From positions 20,161,292 through 20,225,291 of the forward strand of contig OZ316898.1 in the NCBI GenBank assembly GCA_973895155.1: a stretch of 64,000 nt of DNA. The letters are read 5' to 3'. This DNA is from Marsupella aquatica. Its lineage: Eukaryota > Plantae > Marchantiophyta. Made by a program: the position numbers and the translations under genes. Below the pieces are notes generated by a model. The model did not search any database and was not told where the DNA came from. It saw only the letters and a list, made by a program, of their open reading frames with translations. Shown here piece after piece: positions 12,300-25,220 of the stretch (the stretch's first letter is position 1; each line of letters begins with the position of its first letter).

Positions 12300-15200
12300 C
12301 TAGACATCGCGAGTGAACCTTTTCGGTTTTGAGAAAGAGGTAACGGAATCGCGTTCGTGTGGCGAGAAAGTTTTGGGACAGAGTATTTTTGAAAGTATTC
12401 TGCCGTGAACGATTTTGCTGGGATCGAGATGGCCAGAGCAGCAGCAGCGCGTGCTACCGCCTTCATGCTCGAGACTGCGCCTCCTTCGGTCATCACCGTG
12501 AGCAGACGGTCGACCTCTCAGAAGAGATTGTATACAATCGTGGAGGAGAGTTTGTTAGGTTTGGTGCTCGAGACTGCGCCACCTTCGGTCATCACCGTTA
12601 ACAGACGGTCGAGCTCCCAGAAGAGAATGGACACAATCGTGGAGGAGAGTTTGTTAGGGCTCCGAGGTGACTAGCTCTTTCACTACGATGGGGCTGAACC
12701 ACTGGGGTACCGCCCGGACCGGACATTGTCACAGTCCTTATTGTCAAAGACGTGGCCCGAGCTGCATCATTTGCGCGCAATGAAATGACAGCACCTAAGG
12801 AAGCGGAATTGCTGTGGATTTCTGTGAATGTCCTACTCTGTAAAGACTGCCATCCGGACCAATGCTCTTCCTTGCTGGCAAACTGCACCCAGCGGATCCC
12901 TTATGCCTGCCGTAGAGACTGCGGCCAAGGGATATGTATCACTTCGGTAATTCATGTGCTACGGAAGATAATTCTTGGCACGAAGTAGTGAATGAGAATG
13001 AACGGTATCCTTTACGATAGGACCCTCTCCTAAGAGTGCTAGGCGTTCGTCGTCCTGCCTTTGTCTTCGGACGCGAAGGCTAGCCGCCGCGATTTGTTTC
13101 CCAAATGGCCTCCTTAGGCATTTATGTAACATTGTAGATTATCGATTAACGGGTCACCATTGGACCCCGAGTGAGATTTTTCATCTTCAGTGTAGCATCC
13201 TCATAGTGGAGCACGGGGAGTGTTGTTGGACGTCACTTCTGATATCTCAATACAATTTTATTGCAGTATTGCTCAATCATTGTAGTTCCACATGGAGTCT
13301 TGTCGTTGGATATCTGCACACACTCGAACTGGATTTTCACTGCACTGAGTCTGTGAGCTGCAGCTGTCGGATGATAGGATGCAGACCTTGAATGTGGAGG
13401 TCTTTCTATGTTTTCCTTTTTGCAATTGCTGCTAATTAGTGTAATGCAACTTGACTCTCCAGAGGTGCTATTTTCACATCCAATTTAAGTCTATTCCTTC
13501 TTGGTCGACCGTCATTGTACTTCTCTAAAGTGTACTGGGTATGCTAATAGATGTTTCGATTTTGTCTACGTGCTCGCTCTTTCACGGAGTTCCACTGTCT
13601 GGGATCCGCTGTTTGGCACATTCCGGCTGTCTCTCTTTATTCAGACTGGTTTCTTACTCTTCCTAGAGTTTTCACCTCTGTGCATTATACTTGACCTTAC
13701 CTCTTCAGTGAAACGAGAAGGGAGGAATTAATTTTGATGGACCTTGGTTCTTTAGCCTGTCCTATTTTTCCGAATTGAAATGTTGGAATAGGACAACTCG
13801 CAATTACGCGAAAGCGCATGTTCGTGCAAGTAGGGGAGTCTTAGCTGGAGCCAACTGTTTCAGGGGCATTAACAGTCCATGGACAAAGATAGCATTGTCG
13901 TGGTAATAGCATCCAATCGCTGTCATATTCAATTGCGGTAGAATGAGCTACAATTTTGGACATGAGCCGTATCCGTCCAGAGTTGTCAGTCGACCATCTC
14001 AGAGAGGCCCTTCCTCGAAAACACAGCATTGACGTGACCGAACAAGATCATATGATTCAATTTGTTTTTCGTGAGAAACACGGCCGCAGTAATGGTCTCA
14101 GTCTGGAGATCAACATCGAAATTAACGATGGAGATCTTCAATACAGACGTACATCTATCTGCATAAAAAAATGTTCCGGGTAGAGACGGCAGTAATTCAT
14201 GTGATGTGAGTTATGTACTGCCGGACGTCTGTCCTGGAAATTCATTCTTCCAGTGACCCTTTCGTTCCTCGCTTGTCGAGATCTCAACCAAGTTGGAACT
14301 GAAGGAATGGATACCACGAACCGAAGCAGCAATAGGACTCAGAATTCCTATCGCAGCGATTGTTTCTATTACGGCTAGATCGTCCTCACGGTCATGGGTC
14401 CCGATTGAGTGAAGCTATTCTTTGCATCCAATGCAATAAAATATGCGGGTTTAGCTTCACGATGGTATCTACGAGTGAGCATTGAAATTAATCGGAAATC
14501 CCCAGGAAACCAAATTGTTGACAGGAAACCACGCAGTTGGGTTGCAATCAGAATGAAATAAAATGCAGATGGCGTCGGAGCTTCTAGTCTCCAGCCAGGA
14601 ACAGAAATGCTTACAAGAATGAAAGAATTGTGGATCTGGAAAGAATTCTGGAAACTAAATATTGGAGCCCCAAAGAACAAACTAGAACAACCCTAGAGGG
14701 ATTTTCTGCTCATGATGCTCACTCGAAATGGAATATAGAACACCATGAAAAAAAGTGAACCATTGACTTCTCTCCCAGATAACAGGTTGAAACAGTTCCG
14801 AAGGAGTGCGTGAGATATGAGAGATTGAAGGTTCTCGATTGGCCTGTCAAACGGCTGCAAATTTGTCTTGTTGATTGCGTCCTCTCCGGGAGAACTTGTT
14901 GGCATGGGCTCTAAGATTTCTTCTTTGATAAAGCAGTAATTTCATAGGTCATTGACTTGTTGTTTTCTGATTGAAAACCTTCCCAGATTCGTTATGAGGA
15001 TCGTTCTTTAAACAAACCTTGAAGATATTGCCAGCCCAATTTCTAGTCGACAAACAGCCCCACACCTACAGTAGAAATTCTGAGATCTTGAGAAAATTAA
15101 TTGAGATTGCCGCAGGAGATTGAAGAAGGGACACCACAACATGTCCTCGTCTACTAGATGAAAAACTTTGGGGATCATGGACTATCTTTTGGTGTATATT

Positions 15201-16200
15201 GTGCTACCGTAGGCCAACGAAACGGGTTCTGCAGGAAAAAATACAAATTCTCAGGAATCACATCGGAAGAAACAAACATGATTTTGATGATGGGTTTCAC
15301 ATCTGAGGATCGCAGAAGCTACAAAGTCTGCGCTGGTGAAAAAAGTGAGACCAATCCAGAACATTGAATTATCATGGATGAAGTTTCATCGATGCAAAGC
15401 TTCAGAAACGTCGTGTCAAGACAAGCACACCTGACGACAATGACAAGGTGTTCTCCCTTTGGTGCAACTCGCTGGCCTTAGCCGTAATTGAGGTGTGCAC
15501 AGGCTAGCCCAATCCAACGTGAGCTGTATTATGTTGTCGTGAATGGGAAGCTCGCTAGATTTAGGCTTTACCAATAGGGAGGGGGTCCAGCTGGATATGG
15601 GACTTGAGTCAGTCTGCCGCATTGACATATGCACTTTGTCAAGGCTAGCTGGAAATCTTTCGACTGGAATGACCTACAGGTCAGATGAAAAGATCCCGGC
15701 GGTTTATAGATCAAAGACGAGAGAAGTCTTGCATGAGACGTTATTCTAAACTCCACTCCGACCCAGTCTCCGAAAATGCACACCACAATGTATGTGAAGG
15801 ATGGAAAACCAACATGAATGAATGAATCACTCAAGGGATGAACTTTATCTCCATCGGGACCGTAAAGGATCACGGGATGACAAAGGTACAAAGAAAGGGC
15901 AAAGTCAAAACACCAGAACAAAACAGGAGACAACCCAATGGACGTGTAGGTATCCGGCGAAGGAATTGGAAAAAGTGATTGTTGGCCTGTGTTGCAAAGA
16001 TGATAGGTTTACGCAGAAAAGTATATATTTGGGATACATCTGTTATAAAGTTGTGATCATTCCAAAGCCTAGCAATCCAAAGAGTTCTGCCATGACTGTG
16101 TACTAGTGCATTCCGCATGAGACCCAACAAAATTGATCTAATCAGCAATGAGCCTGAAAGTGCTCTCCACAAACATCAAGTGCCCAATGATAATCACGGA
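12300..16200 (+). mobile_element. Highly degenerate L1-type LINE remnant (traces of ORF1, endonuclease and RT)
   Basis: Fragmentary colinear motifs: Cys-rich PYACRRDCGQG (~12900), frameshifted GD/FN-like (~14130), EETNMILMMGFTSED..GEKS resembling the pre-KSPGPDG segment (~15270), VVNG (~15535), G-AKV-like (~15900), IYLGY (~16025). Many stops and frameshifts; boundaries are approximate. Confidence 0.4.
12466..12659. repeat. 99-bp in-frame tandem duplication
   Basis: TGCTCGAGACTGCGCC.CCTTCGGTCATCACCGT... starts at 12466 and 12565. It encodes LETAPPSVITV..RS..QKR..TIVEESLLGL twice. Confidence 0.9.
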
Positions 16201-16968
16201 AAGGGATGGGAATCCACATTCACGGAAGGGATGGGAGTTCAACCATTGACAATAAGTAGATTCACTGCTTTTCACAAAAAGTAAAGCAATTGGGGATGCA
16301 AGGAGAGTCACAGCATGAGATGAATCTATAAGTCTCGAAAGACTAGAAGGAGAGTTGGTTAATTCCTAGGTGACCACTGTAGTGACAGCCAAAGCACAAG
16401 TTTCTCACAACGTTGAACGACAGAATGACGATGGAGAACATCAAGATGCGGGGCTGAGAGATGCTAGCTGTTCCCCTTGCGGTTTATTAAAGAAGGTACT
16501 ACCAGCACATGCGCTTGAGAATTCATTCACACGGAATTTTTCATCATCTTTTGAATTGCAAAACTAGTAAGCTTGAGAAACTGATTCTAATTTCCAACTC
16601 TTGAGTATGAGACCGTGGTGGATTGGTGGATTTTTATTTAATTTTTTAATAAATTTTCATTTATTCCGCGTGAATCCCAGTATGCCAAAAAAGGCAAAAG
16701 GAGCCTCAACGGGCAAAAGAAGGTAGTAGGCCTCACACTTAAACATCCAACAACTCAACAGAGCGGGTCGTTCCAAGGAATAGAAAACACAGCGCACCTC
16801 ACAAGCATGCATCATCAGGACTATCTAAGAATCAATATTGTACTACTGGTCGGAAGGCAAACAAGTCAGCCCAGGCAGAAAGGAGGCAGCCATAGTAAAC
16901 CAGAGTAATGGGTTTTGGCAGAGGTTCAACCTAAAAGAACGGCAATGGTCCAGAATCTAGCCCTCACT

Positions 16969-17358
16969 TAAAGGGGAAGGAACAAATGTAGCAATAAACC
17001 AGCGGAAAGAACAAGACTACACCTTCGGACCATAAAGGGTTACTACTACAGTAGTAAGGACAGTGAGGCCACATAAAAAGCCAGTGGATCAGGGTATTAC
17101 CGAGCACAAAGGGGATAGTAATTGACTCAATCCTGAGTAGCAGTGCAGCTGTCAAGCACCGCTAAAGGGGAAGGAACAAATGTAGCAATAAACCAGCCGA
17201 AAGAACAAGACTACACCTTCTTACCATAAAGGGTTACTACTACAGTAGTAAGGACAGTGAGCCACATAAAAAGCCAGTGGATGAGGTATTACCGAGCACA
17301 AAGGGGATCGTAATTGACTAAATCCTAGCAGTGCAGGTGTGCACCTGTCAAGCACCGT
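16969..17358. repeat. 194-bp near-perfect tandem duplication, possibly within the 3' UTR of a minus-strand LINE remnant
   Basis: TAAAGGGGAAGGAACAAATGTAGCAATAAACCAG... starts at 16969 and 17163. A T-rich tract at ~16631-16665 could be a reversed poly(A) tail. Confidence 0.9.
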
Positions 17359-19382
17359 TAATGTACTTTAACCACAACCAACTCCATTGCAGCGCAAAAA
17401 CCAATTCAAAGCCCGGAATAAGGCCAGGCAGCAGCACATCAAAGTCTCCTCCCCCCCACGGCCCGTCTCCGCCAATGCAGGATCAATTGCAGTGGCCCAC
17501 TTTCAGGTCGAGAAGCTATCAATGCAGAAGCTACCCTAGTGCTAATTGGGAAGCATTTCCAATTTGTGGCATGATACACAGTAGATAAATCTCTCATGGT
17601 TGATAGAAAGAGCTGCAAACGATTGCAACAAATCAAAGCCCTCCAAAGTACATCATGACACGTAGCTTTGCAAAGCTGTTCAAAAGAGATGAAGCAGCAA
17701 CAATCACTTCCCCCTCCACCCTGCTCCCAAGTGACAGAGAAGGAAGCCAAAATCACCCAGTTGCATCTCAAGTAAGGGGGCAGCCCAAGAGCCGCCGATA
17801 GCTTTCCCAGAGATCACACATCAGATCTTGAAATCGACTGCAACCTGACCGCAAGGAAGGATCCAAATCCTTGAGGGAACTAACCCTACCCCGCCCTGCT
17901 CCGATGCATTCGACAGACAGCTAAAAACCTCCAATCTCAGAATACTAAAGATAGCCAAAAGTCGACCAAGCAAGAGAGAGGAAGAACAATTGCTCTTCCC
18001 CTCAAATCATCAAGCCCGCTCTGTGCAAAAAAGCTTCATAGCAAAGTACCAGAATCTTTTCTCAATTCTACTCCGAATCCAGGACCCATCGTGGAGAGAA
18101 ATCAGCAGTCTCGAAAGGCCAAATCAAAACATGGATCCGCTCCAACGCGAATACCAAATAGCTCTTCCCCCTGATCACAAAACACTTAAAAGTGCAAGAA
18201 GCCAGACAGAAAAGAGACTAAACGTCAATCCTCTCAATCTCAAGCTCAGTCTGTTCCATCGCGCCCACCTAAGCTCTCACAGCGGGACACCCCCCTCCCC
18301 CCAAACTTCTATATGGACAAGTTGTTTCTGTTGCAGCCGGATTGGTGGATTTTTAGAGTCGTTATAAAGGAGTGGCAGACTAATCGAGGGCGAGACAGAC
18401 ATGAAAAAAAATATAAGTAACACCACTACAAGATCAGCAGCCGTGTGAATGTTGCCACTGTGAATGTTCACACAAATCAAGTCAATAGAGTGAAACCCGC
18501 TGTGGGAGGTTCATATCGCAGCTTCTGCCCTCGGTTTAAAAGATCAATTGTGGTAGAAAATCCTGGAAACCAAATACAATGAAGTAGCCACAAAATGATC
18601 TCGACCTCCGAACACATTCAACCTTCCGAGCTCAAGCCCCCGGGACGGGCGACCATACATCATCATTTTTCCCGGTCCGGACCCGAACTTAGTTGAAGCA
18701 CGAGTTCTCATAGATACCCAAACCAGATCCCTCCCTCTGCTGTCTTGAATTGGCATGTGCGATGGGAAAGTCATCGACATATCAGCTGCAGGCACTGATG
18801 GTCTCTGCCTCGATCTTCTCGAGAATGTTCTGTCACATAACAACTTACTACCTACATTCTAGCTGACGAAGGACTGCTGGAATGCTGTTTTCTCTAGAAA
18901 AACTGAACGACTGATTGATTTGTCCCTTAGCATTGTCTTCGCTTGTCAGGCTCGCACGAAGTCATCGGCCACCAATTACCCGTGAACGCTAACTTCAGCG
19001 AACCAGAAACTTGAATAAGTATATCCATAAGTCTGCTTAAAATAACCTTGATGAGCATGCTCATGACAGTATAATCTATAAAGCGTGTTGAGGAAAGCCT
19101 GAGTGCAGAGCCGACGACCTGCTCTCCGTGATCTTCAGAATGGCCGCGCCCCTTCCAGCTCAACTGGATCTGCAACTTAGTTTGAATGGATGCAAAGTTG
19201 AACTAGCTCTGTATCCCAGAGGAGACTGCTCAGCTTAAGTGCGTCGAGAGAACGTTCGGATTTAGGGTTCATCATCGATTGCGAGCTTGATTGATTGATC
19301 TATCTGGAGCGCGTTTGGATGAGTGCAGATTGGGGACAGGCAGGCCCCGTTACGTCAATTTTCTTTATCTTGAGACGCCAGG

Positions 19383-22300
19383 ATGGAACTGAGCAAGCAC
19401 GACCTGGCGTTAACGAATGAACACCGTGCCGAGGTAGCTAAGGCGAATCGTATGAAGGCGGCTGCTCCTCATTTGTTGATGGTCCCTTTCCCAGTTCAAC
19501 CTCGCATGCTTCCTATGCTGAGTCTGGCACGACAGATCGCGAGCCATGGGGGAATCAAGATCACTTTCGTGAGCTTTCAAACGTTAATCGATCGACTTCG
19601 AAAGAGCGAAAGCAATTTGAGTGATTCAGTTCAACTCGTCGGCGTTCCAGATGAGCTGCCAGACGCCTATCCACCAAGTGAGCTACCTGTGGACCCAGCT
19701 GTGAATCTAGAGAGCTTGCGGCTTGTGCACTGCATGGGACCTTTTGTAGACAAGCTGTTGCAAGACCAGCACAACCTTCAAGGGCCTACCTGCATGATAA
19801 CGGACGCACTACATGCCATAGGACTGGTACGTGCTTCCCATCGCCTCTTGTTACCACTGCCTTACTGCCCGACCTTTGTTCACTCCCATGGTTGCATTCT
19901 GTCCTGTTGCCTCACTCGGCCGCCACCCAGAGTCATGGTTTTGAGGTCTAGACCATAGGCTCCAAAGTGGAACTTTCGACCGCGAATGATGATTTGATTT
20001 GTCATGAAATTGTTGCAACTCCGAAGCACGGCAAAGATCGTCTCGCTGGAGCTTTCAGTCCAGGGCAGTATGATATCGTATCGGCCACCCCAATACCGTA
20101 CCTGCCTTTTTCATTTTATCGAATTGGATTTTCAAGGCGAGAAGCTTACGAGGATGTTGATGTCTTAGCATCAAATCTAGCAGGGGATCAGCCTCGAAAA
20201 TTCAATCTGAAGTCAGAGAACTGTAGACAAACTCACGACTTCTGTACGTTATGGATTATTGCTTTTCAGGATCTTGGTACCAAGTTGAGCATTCCCAAGT
20301 ATAATTTCTGTGCCAGTCCAGCTGTTTATGTGCAAGTTCTGCTTAATTCCCCTATGAAAGGATACATTTTTCATGATAAGGATGCATTCATCCGGATACC
20401 AGGAGTACCACCTTAGCAAGTTCACCATCTTCCTCAAAGTTGTCGTTGGAATATTGGCTTCGACAAAGCTGAGGCTCTTCTCACCCGGTGGTGGAAGTGT
20501 GCACTGGAGGCAGACGGATTGTTGATGAATACGTGCTTGGCATTAGAAGCCGAAGTCATCGACGCTCTCCAAAACTTCGTAAGTGCATGTTGTCTTTCAA
20601 TCCCAGGTTAAGTGTAGAGAAGTTCTAAAAGCAGAAATACTGCATCTACCCTAGTGGCTGAAAACTCAGAGAAGTTGAAAATAATTAAGCTCTAGAATCT
20701 ATAATTAACACTGGTTTGAAGTCTAGATGTCCTCACAAAAAACAGACATGAATGCAGATTAAGTAGAAGGCTGGCTTGATCGGAGGTTCATGTTATTTTC
20801 TGTTTACACCAGCATTCTGCATTCTGCAGGCTGAGGTTTCTGTCTCCCATCAGTTCTCTAAAAGACACTGAAACTGGGAAACTGACATGTGAATTCAAAG
20901 AGAAATCGAGAAAACAGAATCTGTCTCGTCTAGTAAACTCTTAAATACGGAAAATCGGTAACTGGAGGTCCACTTGGAAAGTACTGAAAACTGACAACAC
21001 TTGAGGTATATTATGCAGACTTTGCTTCGGCAAAGTTAAGCTAATTAAAGGCCGAATGATTGTCGAGAGTTGACCGGTCCAGGGGGCCATTTTTCATTGA
21101 ACATCAAGCAAACTAATCACATTCCAAAGTTCAAGAGTACGTTATGCGCCTGGACTCTGCATATATTGAGAATTTTGAAAGGTTTAATTTGTGAATGCGT
21201 AAGTGGTAAGATACACCAAACATGTAGATGAATTTGAAACGTGGGTGAGTACTTAATAAATGTACTGGGCGGTGATGGCACTGACTGACCATGAATGCAA
21301 ACCATGCTGCAGCTGCGGCGTGACATCCCAGTGCTGCCCGTCGGTCCACTCGGGTTGTCGCCAAAACTGTTCTCGCAGAGTGTGTCGATTGAAGGTCTCC
21401 AACTCTCTGACGACAAGCCAATTACTGACTGGCTGAGTGAGCAGCCTCCTTTGTCAGTGCTGTATGTCAGCTTTGGAACAACGGGAGTGTTGAAGTTTGC
21501 AAAGAAGCATATAACGGAATTGGCGAGGGGACTGGAGGCTAGTGGCCAACGCTTCTTGTGGGCGTTCCGAACCCCTCCTGGTGTGGACGAGAACGATCCT
21601 GAATTGCTGCCTCCAGGATTCGAAGAGAGAGTGAAGGATCGAGGATTGCTGGTGAAGGGTTGGGCCCCTCAGCTCACAATTCTAGCCCATCCTTCTACAG
21701 GTGCATTCCTGAGTTCCTGCGGCTGGAACTCTGCCACTGAAGCTCTTCCCCTCGGTGTTCCCATAATGGGATGGCCATCGTTTGCTGACCAGCCTATTAT
21801 CACCAGGTCCGTCTTTGATCTATTTAATTGGGTTCACTGGTCAGGCGCAGTGTTCTCTTGAATGCAATTCTTTGGTTCAAGGTGTGGATTGGCCCAAGTT
21901 GGAATTGAAGAAAGAGCTTTTGAGTAACCTGTCCCCCAATATTAGTAATGTTCCCCCTAAATTAAATTAATTATCAACCCACGTATTAAGTCATATACGG
22001 GTTCCCCAATATTAGTAATGTTTCCCCTAAATTAAATTAATTATCAACCCCCTTATTAAGTCATATACTGGTTCCCATTGCCTACATTGCCTGACAAGTT
22101 GTTAGTGGCTAGCCTTAACCCACAACGAACCTCGTCCCCTTCCCTGCTGCATTTTCCTGAGGGCCAAAAGTGCTGGGGTTTTATGAGGGGAGTGTGGAGC
22201 AAAAAATGCCGTGTTTTCTCCCCTCCCCAAACTGGAACTGTGCCCTGCAACAGGGAAGGGGGCATATATGAGGGGGTTGCAGTGGGTTAAGGCTAGCCAG

Positions 22301-23088
22301 TAGCAACTTGTCACATGGCAATGGGAACCCATATATGAGTTAAATACTAACCCAAATTATATAAAATGGGGGCAGGTTAATAATTAATTTAGTTTGGGGG
22401 GAACCATACTACTATTGCGTAGTTTGGGGGACAGACTAGTAAAAATCAGACCTAGCTAGACTCTGTCTTCTCCCAAACACAAGGCCTTATATATCAAGAT
22501 GAGAAACTAGGTTCTAATTGCTTGGAGGGAAGGCTAAGGTAATTGTTGTTGGAAACATGCCCACCTGGGGAATTCATTGCTATCTTTGAGAGATTAAAGC
22601 ACTTACTCAGTTTGAGGCTACCTGGATAATGGAGGGAAAGTATAGTTACTTGGCTACAAACAATAGTGTTTGAAGGGTTGCATGTGGAAATGAGAATGTC
22701 AGTTTGAGAAGTTGAGAAGTCTGTGGGTAAGCTTCAAAAATTTGAGGTAACTATGTTTTTTCTTCCATTTTATTTAACACTTGGCCTGCCCTTGAATGTT
22801 GGGTGACCAGATAGTTACTTGGAGGGGGAGTTGAAGGTGGCAGTCACACTTCCTTACAGGGAAGACTTTTTGGTAGAAGCAGACGATTTTGCAAAGGCAA
22901 TTAATTTTGTCCTTCAATCCCAAGAAGGCACAGAACTGAGAAAAAGGGTTGAGAAGTACAAGACAAGTATTGGTGACCTGAGGGTGGTCAAAGATGATAC
23001 TGAGGGAATCCAACACCATCATATCTCAACAGGGATAACACAAACAGCTGTTGGATGCCGAGGAGATAACCTGGGTTACTTTTCTTGA
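19383..23088 (+). pseudogene. Family-1 UDP-glycosyltransferase (UGT) pseudogene, 4 exons
   Basis: Exons 19383(or 19452)-19826, 20270-20578, 21313-21806, ~22815-23088 with GT-AG borders. Motifs HLLMVPFP, CMITD, IPGVPP, LMNT..LE, PVGPL, SVLYVSFGT, GLEASGQRFLW and a full PSPG box WAPQLTILAHPSTGAFLSSCGWNSATEALPLGVPIMGWPSFADQ (21661-21792). In-frame TAG at 20414-20416 in exon 2; the C-terminus looks degenerate. Confidence 0.88.
21915..22447. mobile_element. Foldback/MITE-like element with long imperfect inverted arms in UGT intron 3
   Basis: Left arm CTGTCCCCC..TAAATTAATTAT.AACC..GGTTCCCATTGCC..TGACAAGTTG.TA.TGGCTAGCCTTAACCCAC..CCCCTTCCCTG is mirrored at 22245-22440. The left arm contains a 72-bp tandem duplication. 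No TSD identified. Confidence 0.75.
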
Positions 23089-24161
23089 ACCACATATAAC
23101 CGTGACAATGTATGTATGTATTATGGAACAAAAAGATAGCAATGTAGTAAATCCCATTTAATGAAAATTAACCCAGTGTTTTTCTATGCCTGCTTGGACA
23201 AGTGTAGTACTAGGACAGACTTACAAATGGTAGAAACGGCAAAGTGGTTTGTCTAATTGAAGATAATGTCCATCAAGGGGGTACTTACATCCCTTAAGGA
23301 TTCTTTTGGAGACTTTTCATATATACTCTCAATCTGATCCACTGTTTCTACAGGAAGTGTTCCAAACTAGATTTTCCCTTCAAAATATATGAATTTTAGA
23401 CCATGCAAAGATAGCAATTGGTGTGTTGTGATTTACTTTCTATAAGTTGGGTTACATATGCCTAGATAAGTGATTGCATAATTCCATGCTCAAAGCAGCT
23501 GCATAAATAAACTCCTTAAAAATACAAAACCAAAGCACAAGTATATAATTATGCAGTCCTGTTCATACTAGGGCATTGTGTACGATAATGCCTTGATAAA
23601 CGAGTGCTTCATTATTGTCCATCATGTTCTGGTAAACACCAGGATCTTTTAAAACACTTAAAGAAGAGGAATATCTTTGTTTTTACTAATTTTATTAAAA
23701 GTAGACCAAAATCTTCATAAGTAGACCTAAACCCTAAATCTGATGATCCATGTGCACTCTTTTCCAATATTTATGCTTGGAAATCTTACAAAGAGATAAG
23801 TCACCAAGGGCATTACAATTCCAAAGCTGCCGCCAACGTCAAGGACAAAGTAACCGCGTGGTTTTGAAATTTGACCTGGCGTACCCAAAACAATGCAACA
23901 ATAATGATTCATTCCGCCAAGTCAGACCTAGAGAAAAGAGGAAAAACAAATTCAGACCTTATGGTCTTCCTTTGACGGTTTGACCACTGACCTCGGACCT
24001 CGTGCATTCATATAATTGAAGCCGCCATGCCGAAACTCAGGCACGGTGGGTCCATCTACACAAGAGCCCACAGCCCCACAGGCCTTGGAATTGTAGTGAT
24101 TGCCAGAAAATCAATTAGAGTATAAACAAGAACAGACTATGAAGTTTGGATTTGTGTCTCA

Positions 24162-24543
24162 GGGCCATTTTATAAGACTGGCGCTCATTTTATAAGACTG
24201 GCGTTGTAATTTGAGTGCTTTATACCAGGGTTGTAACAAAGCTTGACTTTTAGTGGTACTGTAGGACTCTAGACCAATCCAAGGCACAAATCGTAGGAGA
24301 AAGCGGGCTACCCATTTTCGCACCTCCGGAGGTCCGATAGTCTAGCGCCCGGATGAAAGTCCTGAGCCGGCTGGCCCGAGCTGATCCATACCAGAATGCA
24401 GGTTCGGTCGTTCCCGCAGCTCAACTTGCCGCACCAGTCTTCTAAAGCAAGGAGTGCCCAAGCAGACTGAAACAACAGTCGTGATTGATTCAATCCTGAA
24501 AAAAAAAAGACTAAATTGCCGCGCCCGTCTTGTAAAGTGACCC
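24162..24543. mobile_element. PIF/Harbinger (Tourist-like) MITE, copy 1
   Basis: TIRs GGGCCATTTTATAAGAC../..GTCTTGTAAAGTGACCC, 3-bp TSD TCA on both sides, interior closely similar to 43251-43611, short internal duplication in the left TIR. Confidence 0.88.
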
Positions 24544-25149
24544 TCAAGTGATTCAGACAAACCAGGGAGGAATGCGCTGAAGACAAAAGAGCTAATCAGA
24601 TAGTGTTGTGAAGGATGGTGCTAAAATTTTGGTGCAACAAAAGTGCAAACTCAATGTAAAATACAAGAGAAGAAGAGGCCTTGCACTTAGCCATGGTTTG
24701 CACCTATGGAAAGAGCCAACTATACTTACATGTACGATACATTCATCAGGTTATCATCAAGTTTGTTCAACAATGATCACGGTGTTTCAATCAAATAAAA
24801 CTCCATCCATTAAATCAAAACTGGAGACTGCAGTGCAGACGAGAGTTGGGAGAAGCTTCTAAGGATTGGGAATCTGGAAGCGGCCAAATGGAACAAACGA
24901 AGAATCTGAAACTTTCTTGTTTGCGCCTATAAATTGCACTCGCGACTTTCTTGGCATGTTGTTTCTTTCAATTTGGACATCCATGTGAAAACAACAGAGA
25001 CAGTCCCAAAAACGAAGGTTCTACAGCAGACTGCTAAACACGCATCATCATACCGTTCACCAACAAAAGGACTTCGAGGCCCCAATTAAAGAAAGAACAG
25101 AAACAAAGGTTCTACAAGTGCTACACATCAAGGCGTTGGCGACGATGAA

Positions 25150-25220
25150 CTTTTGTTTTTGTAGCCATCGATGTTCTTTTTTGTAGCCATCGATGATCTT
25201 TTTTGTAGCCATCGATGATG
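25150..25220. repeat. Minisatellite, ~23-bp unit TTTTTGTAGCCATCGATG x3
   Basis: Directly visible. Confidence 0.85.
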
